Shown: in pieces, positions 54,824 to 64,000 of the stretch | Layout of the letters: every line of letters begins with the position of its first letter | Numbering within the stretch: position 1 is the first letter of the stretch | NCBI GenBank assembly: GCA_964016885.1 | Contig: OZ024740.1 | Location: forward strand, 180,916,001 to 180,980,000 | From: Eledone cirrhosa | Lineage: Eukaryota | Reading direction: 5' to 3' | Length of the DNA stretch: 64,000 nt | Translations under genes and position numbers: made by a program | Notes under the pieces: generated by a model | The model's input: the letters and a program-made list of their open reading frames with translations, nothing else | Databases searched by the model: none | What the model was told of the DNA's origin: nothing

Positions 54824-57800
54824 TTATGCATATATATTTATTATATATGTATTATATATCATATATCACATATCACACACATACACACACATACATATAT
54901 ATATATATAAAGAGATAGAGAGAGAGAAACAGAGTGTGTGTGGTGGTGGTGGTGGTGGGGGGGGGGAGATAATGAGAGAACATATTGTTGAACCTATTGG
55001 ACCATATAACGTTGCATAATAAGTAACTCCAGTTCCATTATCCCACTAAGAAGGACGCTGCAGGAATTGTTCCATGACAGGCAGATCGAAAAGCACCGTC
55101 AGTTTTGATGATGAGTGTTCCAATGTTTGAGTGTTCAACGGTACTACCTGATAATGAAATCAACTTGCAAATGTGCGATGGGTGCGTATACTATTAGCAT
55201 AATTTACAAGGAGATCCAGCGTGACATAATATGTGATAAAGCTGACGTTTATAATAACAGATCCCATAGGAAACAGTTGTTGTCTACCTAATTTCCCTCG
55301 AAGGTCTTCAGTCGACTCAAGGAAATGATACATGCTCAACAAGCCACGCAACTGAATTGAATTCAGGACAAAATGATTGTAATGCGAACTACTTGTGCAT
55401 TCAGCGTTTCCTACGTTCATATACAACTGATAAAGCCTCGAGATATTACCAGTAAAGGGAAAATACATAGTGAAAAATATGTGTATACCTTATTCCTGTC
55501 TCCACGATCAGCATTTTAATAAGGTACGTAGGGATTTCCGAGCGATTCTTTACCAATTCACATGCACCAGCATTACTTCTGTTTCAATAATCACCATCGG
55601 GATAACATCACGTTAGTTTCAAAAGGATATATATGTACTTGTAGTGTGGGTTTTATAAATAGTTGTAGTGTTTGTCAATATTGTTTTGTATATGCATCTA
55701 TAGTAAATTTATTTTTATATTTATAATACACCATGGTTAATTGCTGAATTATGAGACTTGAAAGAGAAATAATTTTTATAAAACTTGCTTAACTCATAAC
55801 AGTAGCTTTACTCCCTTTAAAAACTATTTGTTTCTATATCCTCTTTCTCTACTTTGTTTCCTTTCATGCGTTGTCTTTTCTGTTTGCGCATTTATCTGAA
55901 GTAGCCTATCAGAAGCAAGTACAGGTAAAAAGACGAAAAACAATTAGGTATATTTTTGTGAGAGAACATTCTTTCTTTTTTTCATATGTCTAAACTTAAT
56001 TGGCAACTGTCATTATTAGGCTTCTATGAAAGATGCATAGTCTAATTAGCAGAAATAGAAAAAAAGTGTTAAACCAAAACAAAACAATGAACCAAAAGGA
56101 AACACATAATTCATTTAGTGCATAATTACTAACCTTTCTACCGTTATATCAGCTTAGTAAATCAGAAATATTATCATGATGCAGCCAGGAGCGTAAATAA
56201 ATAAAAGGAATCGTAGAAATAAATAATATAAAACAGTGAAAATGTAAATAAATAAAATATTATCTATAACAAACCAAAATAGGTTATTGTATTGGAATGT
56301 TATTTCACGAAGTGGGGTCGTTCTGTCTTCTGCTTTCTCTAGAAGTGTGGGAAATGTTTATTGTTGAGTCAGGGGTGGGATGACTGCACCTATAATACTC
56401 GTCCGGCCTCTTTGGAGGGTGGTATTAAGGGATGAATTGGGGAAGGTCTCGTTTCATTGTAAAACTTTGCCAAAAACTTGAACCAGGTCGAATTCTATAA
56501 CAACACCCAAGAGCCAGTTGCTGTTGTTAAACCAACGAATTGATGAGGTCTAACTACTAATTGTTTTGTTCAGTTATTATTAAAATATGTAAAAAGCAAT
56601 CGTGTCTGAGCGAAGACTTCCTCCCCTCACAGGGTGTTGTTGTTCCATGGCTATATCAAAATATTTCCGTTTGAAAATTGTTGAATGTTGATTGTAAGAC
56701 TAGAAAAGCAAATTCAAAATAATGATTTCTAATGAAAGGCCAATCTGAAAATTGTAAAATGGTGTAGCGAGAGGCCGCATTTACTTTAAGGCTCTGTAAA
56801 TAACTTGAATGAATACAGCATATTTATATTGGTATAAAAGGTATCCATTGGGCGTCTCGTGGAACAGGATTCTGAATAGAATGCACATTATTTCTAACAA
56901 ATATGCTTGATACATAGTTTCCTGTGCAATATTTCTTGAAATTTTATATGTTAAATGAATTCGAGTTGTAATAATTTTGCTACATAGGCACAGTTTTCAA
57001 AATTGAATAATTACTGAAGAAACCACACACATGTCTTATAATTAAAAACCGAGATAAAATGAAGCTGGTGATGATTGATGAAAGATAATATCAATTACTA
57101 ATCCACAGACGTGATATGTATATTCCCTTTGATATTGTTCTATGATGCTACTTGAAATATCATCAATGGCTGAAGTCAGAAGATACCTGTTATAATTGGG
57201 TAGCAGTAATACATTCTACATTCAAATACAGAAATATCTACCAACGTTTCTTTAAGGCGGGAGGAGAATACACAACACTAAACAAATATGGTTATTATAG
57301 TTCCATGGTACAATCAGCGTGTGTCTATTTAAAAGAAACTCATATATATTTATCGAGATAATAATTGTATATTTATAGTTCACATATATTGCAGATTTGC
57401 TTCGGAACAAGAATTGACATATATTTCAATAAATATTAATCAGTTAAATTTCCGAATGTTCATCATTTTCATACATAATAAATTATCCAAATACTCTCAA
57501 AATAAAAATTCGAAAACGTTACAGTTAATCTCAAGGGGGAGAATGATTATAGATTATAGCCTATTTCATAAAACTATATATATCCGGGAACACTAGGGAA
57601 TATTGGGGACTGCAAACAGAACTGTAAGAATAAATAAATAAAATAAAAAATATAAAGAAACAACTGCAAACCAAAACATAAATTGCACACAACATTCAGA
57701 ACTGTCGGACTTTTATCTACATTGTTAAATAAAAACCAATAGTTTATTTGTACAGCTGTATTAATCTGATGTATATATAATAATATTATAAACTTATTAC

Positions 57801-57963
57801 AACAGAAAACCTTTTTGTAAAATATTTGAATGTAATACATTGCACATATACTAACATAATATGTACGTTCGCATACAAAAATAAGGCATAAGAATTTCAT
57901 TATATATATAACAGTTGTAGTACCCTTTCGTTTCCTGTTCACGGCAGGGGAAGTAATTTTTAT

Positions 57964-58079
<116 letters not shown>

Positions 58080-58479
58080 GCATGTGTGTGATCTACATAC
58101 GAACGGAGGTCTACATACTAACAACTTAAGTGTGATGACCCTGGATAATGAGGAGGATGACAGCTGTCCAAGCAATCAGCTAGCCCTACCTATGGATTGC
58201 GGTATTAGACGTCTTGATAAACATTGGGATAACACTGTCCACTCATCTAATTGTAACCAGCCTGTGATACCACAAAGAGTTAATTGATATCCTAAATATC
58301 TGAAAAGAACATTTTAGTGAATTAAGGAAGTGGAGATCTAGTCAATAGAATATATATGTGCCGTCCAATTACAGACACAAATTACCAGTAATTTATCCGG
58401 TGACTAAATCAGACACAAGCTGCAAAACCAGACAAATATATAAGTTGTTATCATCAGTGAACACTTCATATGAGAAAGA

Positions 58480-58625
58480 ATAATTGTTTCTGTTTTAGGC
58501 ATTGGGCTAACACATTTTCGGGGAAGGAACAGTCGATTAGACCGATCACAGTGCATTTGTGGTGTGTTATTTTATCTAACCGGTATGGACGAAAGGTAAA
58601 GGTAACCACGGCAGGATTTGAACAC
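58480..58625 (-). mobile_element. Diverged SINE
   Basis: aattgtttctg..ggcaggatttgaac. Confidence 0.7.
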
Positions 58626-59409
58626 ACAGAACCTACTGCATATCTACCGTCCTTATCAGAAGATATGAGAACATTAACAATAGTTCAGTAAATATCGTAA
58701 TAGTAAGCCAAACCTGCACCCGTTTAAACGCGATAAAACTTCAACTTAACAGCATCATAATCTATTAATTTTGTGCCAACGCATATGAATACTTTCTGAT
58801 AGCAAAGATTCTATATGGTCGTTTGATATCTTAGTTATAAAACCCTCAGCATTCTCAATTCGCAACTACCGACGCAAATAGCGTGAATTTTGGACTGTGA
58901 ATCATCTATAAATTCGGCAGGACATTTGTTTCCGTTCTTTCTGATATTCTACTGATGTTGTTGCATTCAAATCCAAGTCGTTCTATTTAACTGACATCCA
59001 ACATATCAAGATACTAATTCATTAATTTAGGAGGTTTAGTGTCAACATAATTCTATAGATACAATACATATTATTTAATGTCAGGGGACCGTATTAAGTT
59101 ATCGTGAGATATAATATATCCCTCACACAAAAATCTGTAACTCAAACGGGTGCTCTGATACAATATCAGGTTGATCGAGTTGACTAATTTATCATTTAAT
59201 TATCAAAACCGAAATAATGACTTAAAATCTCAAAACTATCTCAGTGATGTCAACAGTGAGCTATAAGTATCTAGTATATATGAAAGTAGGTTCGAATGTG
59301 ACAAAGAAGGAATTACAATTAAGAAGTCTATACATCGAGAAGAAACCAACTTTCTGACAGCGATACACAAATATTAGACTACCTTAGCTATAACCGAATG
59401 GAACAACGC

Positions 59410-59492
<83 letters not shown>

Positions 59493-59609
59493 GTATATAT
59501 GTATAGAAGAATCAGGACCCCGTGGCTTAGTTCGGATCTAGCTCAGCAGTCAGGGCTCTGACTCTTTTCCTATTACACACTCTACTACACTAATTATTGA
59601 GTAATCTAG

Positions 59610-62600
59610 TGGTCAGAATGATGATGACGTCACTAACCAGTCACCAATCCAAGGACGCGCAAACAGGATGAAGGTGGACGATATGGACATGTAGGGTCAG
59701 AAACTCCAGAAAGAGGATTTGCTCCGAAATCAATAGACGTGTATGAGGAACCTGTGAATCCAGAGTCAGGTCGATCCACACACAGATCGCACCTCGAGCT
59801 GTTCACCTGGGAAACAATTGTAATACGCAATAAATTGAATTCCGATGCATCACTGATTTTTAGTTTTCCATTCTATCACACTCTGCTCCGTAGGAGCATA
59901 GAGTGCTCAACTGGCATACCGCCTATGGAAGCATCTTAGCTACCATTAGACATATATTTCGCTCCTTTACTAGTAGAGACCTTACAGAGAATCACCATGG
60001 AGAAATTCCCGTACTCTTCCACTTTAAAACACATCCCGATCCCTTCTGGCAACACCTACATGAGCCTATTGATCCCTTACACCAACTCCTTCATTAGATG
60101 CATGAGATGGCGCGCATTCCACCATAATAGAAGGACGCAGCAGCACGCACAAGATAATCCTCACTACCGCCTCAAACAGATCTTTAAATCAAGACGACAC
60201 CCATCACATAACGCGCTGCTGGAAGAATTTGAAAACCGTATCGTCAGTATCATCTGAAACTTCAAATTCCGAAGGAATAGTACACCCTATAATTAATACC
60301 TCAGGAAACTCCACAATCAAAAGCATGGAAAGATGCGCGTATTTATTTGTACCCTCGGACAAAACTGGTAATGTATACATGCTTGAGCAATTTACATACA
60401 ACGACTGCGTCGGGAAAGAGGTTAGGGAAAACTATAGGACCACAGGCGAGGAAAACCTAGATAACATCAACGCCACGACCAAACAAATAATAACCATGCT
60501 AGAAATAGATGATAGGACAGAACAATATGTACCCAGAAAACCGCAGATATCGATTAAGGATCACGAATTAGAGATTAGGACAAATCTCGCTGTTAGGTTA
60601 ATAGCACCCTCCAAATCGGACATAGGTAGGGCCAGTTAGAATATCATAGATAGGATACTACCGGTACTTAGGAATAAAACTAGGCTTAGCTTATGGACCT
60701 CCACCATGGAGGTAATTGACTGGTTCTCGCTATTAGATAGCAAGCAACGGGTAAATTTCATTCAGTTGAACATATCAATTACTACGCGTCCGTATCACCA
60801 GTAATCGCGAACAAGGCCCTCAGGCGCCCCATGGCTAAGTCCAATCTCACTAGAGAGGAAGCAAACATCATAATAGCAGCGAGAAAGACGCTAATTATCT
60901 TCGACAATATATTATGGGAGATGAGAGCCAGACCCGACAGTTTCGATATTACTATGCGGTCGAGTGACTCTGCGCAGCTGACGGACCTGGTGGGAATATA
61001 TCTCCTCCAAAGGCTAGCGGAGGAGATCCCAGGGATCGGCGGAGGAATATATAGAGATGACGCGTTATTTACCTTCCGCTCCTTAAACCCCAGCCAGCTG
61101 GAGCGTATGAGGAAGCGTATATCACATTTCTTTCAGCAACACGGCTTATCCTTGCTGATAGATACTAGCACTAAGACGGTGAATTTCCTTGATGTTACTC
61201 TGGCACTAAATACGGGCATACAACGATCATACCACAAGCCCAACGAGAACCTGCAATATGTGAATAGGCACTCGAACCACCCCAAGTCCGTCATAGACGC
61301 CATAGTAAAAGGGGTACCCAAACGCGTATCCACCCTGACTGCTAACGCAGACGTCTTTAACCAGCATGCCGACTATTATAATGAGGCACTGCACAGGGCC
61401 GGTTACACGAAGCCATAGTGTACACGCTGGATAGGGAAGGGCCTAGTGGCGAGGCACGTAGATGTGATGATAGCAATTGTACTTCCATAGGTAGACAGTA
61501 CAACACGGAAATAGCATTTAGGAATAGGAGTAGCAGTATAGATTACCGCAAGGACGCAAGACTGACACTAAGACAGAGGAAGGCATACGCGGTAGGCAGA
61601 CCACGCAGTACACGGAGACGGAATCCCGATACGGACACACTACGCGACGCGTACACTAAAACTAGGGACCCGGTAAAGACAGAACGGGCGTGAAACCAGG
61701 TAGAAGAAACACCCGGATCAGTTGCAATGAAATAGCCCGACAACAGCACCAGATAGTAGTAACGAGACTACCAGTAGAGCCGACAATATAGACCGGAATT
61801 CTTCAGTAAGTAAACGGCGTAACCCGACGCTCACGGTAGATATATATATAGCGGCAACATAAGGGACGGCAGACAGGGTTTCCAACTATGCTCCGGTCCC
61901 CCGGGCGGCAGCCATACCCACGGAAGACGCTGTAATCGAATGCCAGGCGGAACTGAATGAAGGAGGTTGCACAACCCACCCACAGAACAACACCCAGAGA
62001 ATCGGGTGAGTGCCCTAGTAGACTAAAGGCTCAGCGTTGGAAATGAGCAAGATAACGACCGTACATGCAACTACAGAGCGGGCACACAATGACCTCTGCA
62101 AGGTAGATGCCTAACGAAGCGCCTAGTATACAAATGTGTGGTTAACATGCACAACACCAAGCGCACCTACATCGGCGTTACATCCACAACCTTTAAATCG
62201 AGGATGTCTAATCAGACAAACTCTTTCAAGGACCGGAACAAAAGTTACTCCACTAGACTGGCGGACCTAGGATGGGACTTGAAAGACAACGGCACCCCGT
62301 ATGACATTCACATGCATATTCGGCTGGAAAAAGGGAGTGTAGGGTATGCTTATCCAAGGCCCTGGAGATAGGCAGATTGAAGGATGATGCGGTCAAACTG
62401 AAATCGGAGATTATCATGACTTGCAGACACCAGAGAAGATGTACATTCTCCGCATGGACAAAACCGGACAGCCCAAACTAAATGTATGCGAGGAAGCGGA
62501 TGCCGGTCCGAGAAGCGGCACGGAACCAAGGGATCAGACACCATAACTTATTGACTATATATATGCCCCGTGGGGTAAGTCGACACAACCTATGCTACCT

Positions 62601-63170
62601 ATCGGACTCTGCACGTCATCTTAGGCAACTACATCGCATGAGCCGGGACACGGTGGTTCAACTTCCAAGGATATTCAGTCCCGTACCATACATCAATAAG
62701 GCACTCTATCTCACCCACATTGACATGCTACATTATGGCCTGTTGACGCACTCCCTGCATGTTTATCTTTGCAGTAGTATGTGCATATTCTCCACGCATT
62801 CCCCTATGTAACACCTCATGTATTGTTTCCATGTACAAACCAATGTGTATCTTTACATACTTTTCTTATATAATTCATATGTATGTATTTTTTTTATATA
62901 TTCTACATACAATTTTTTTATATATTCTGCATACATTTTATTATATATTCTGCATACTTTTTTTTATATATTCTGCATACATTTTCTAAATATGGTCTGG
63001 ACATAACCTTTACATTACTGCCATGAACGCCCCATATGTAGTTTTGCTTGAGGTTTCTATACGTGGATTAATCCACGTTGGCAACATGAAAACAACTTTT
63101 TCAGCATGTATATCAAGGTGTATTTTTTCGTGTACAGCCCAATGTGTATCTTTATATGCTTTTGTTATAT
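59610..63170 (+). mobile_element. Near full-length Naiad-type PLE family B with 5' pLTR (decayed HHR at 59737-59828); ORF ~59997-62481 disrupted
   Basis: N-term YSSTLKHIPIP..MRWRA; SDKTGNVY; RLIAPSKSDIG; SSDSAQLTDLVG; IYRDD; NFLDV; SNHP; YIGVTSTTFKSR; TCRH. Confidence 0.94.
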
Positions 63171-63322
63171 ATTTGTTATATATTTGTTTAATGTGCGTAT
63201 AAATATATGTATATACTTATGTATATATGTGTAAGAGTATATGTGTGAGTGTGTCTGTGTATGTATAGGCACAGGTGTAGAGGGTAAAAATGTGTAGATA
63301 TATATATATATATATATATATA

Positions 63323-63690
63323 GTGAAAGATTGAAGAGTAACTTGGTCGGCTGTACAACAAGGGGCTTTATTTCAAGTATTAACAATTGTTTCATTGATC
63401 AGGTGAGTCTAGAAGCCGATAATCGCTCGAAATTGCGTCACTCGATCTCCAATACATCGTTTACCTCTGATCAAATCCTCAGAATACGAATGAAATCACA
63501 CATGACATGGTATATATGGAGAAATAGCGTAGAACAAAAACAATAACAGCAATAATAACATATAATGATAAATAGGTAAAGAAGTTACATATGTAAAAAA
63601 TAAGAAAATAAAAAAAATAAAAAAATATAAACAAATAAAAATAAATAAGAGCATATATGTACAGAATACGATAGTTGATAATAGTGGATG
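63323..63690 (-). mobile_element. Inverted family E pLTR preceding a plus-strand Naiad RT fragment
   Basis: rc tail matches 31925-31992; abuts (TA)n. Confidence 0.8.
63377..63487 (-). ncRNA. Apparently intact hammerhead with ~80-nt stem II, U.U base and palindromic stem III
   Basis: rc: gtatt-CTGAGGA-t-ttgatcag..ctgatcaa-t-GAAA-caattgt-T-aatac. Confidence 0.88.
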
Positions 63691-63769
63691 GGGTTAATTA
63701 TGGATCGAGGATGGTTTGAGTTATTACCCCCCTCGATTCATAATTAACTCCATGGCACATATTATATTC

Positions 63770-64000
63770 CTCAGAATATCCTGCCTACCATCTAACCTAG
63801 AAATGTTTAGCGAATACGCAAACTATTATAACATAGCTTTCCATAAAACAGGACATAAAGATGGGTTCAAATACACACCAGATAGAGACAGGAGCAACAA
63901 ACATAATGACAGTTACACTACCGACACCTATAGAAATAACAAACAAAGTACTAAACATAGAATTAGACAACGAGCAACAGAAATAACTGAACCGAATACT
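63770..64000 (+). pseudogene. Naiad-type RT thumb fragment running off the window
   Basis: LRISCLPSNLEMFSEYANYYNIAFHKTG, similar to RVSTLTANADVFNQHADYYNEALHRAG at 61.3 kb. Confidence 0.72.

Overview
AT-rich, microsatellite-saturated animal genomic DNA. The tRNA-derived SINE family and repeat spectrum suggest an octopus or other cephalopod (inference). No intact host gene was found, and most listed ORFs are microsatellite translations. The window is a nest of decayed retroelements: (i) Penelope-like elements (PLEs), namely two Naiad-type RT+GIY-YIG families (one near full length at ~59.6-63.2 kb) plus Neptune-like and Penelope/Poseidon-like fragments, mostly abutting (TA)n and often carrying an inverted pLTR; (ii) a stack of three R4/Dong-clade RLE retrotransposon copies in a (TATG)n tract; (iii) about 15 SINE copies, including a four-copy array. 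Main observation, read by eye: roughly 25 type I hammerhead ribozyme (HHR) cores, several apparently intact. Many share a non-canonical U.U or A.A pair at the base of stem II, often with a long stem II and a palindromic stem III. Three small non-coding units (~316, 421, 533 nt) each carry one HHR and show head-to-tail redundancy, resembling PLE-mobilised retrozyme-like circles. More than 15 fold-back inverted duplications, mostly anchored on (TA)n, accompany them. All structures and coordinates are manual reads, and nothing was computed or searched.
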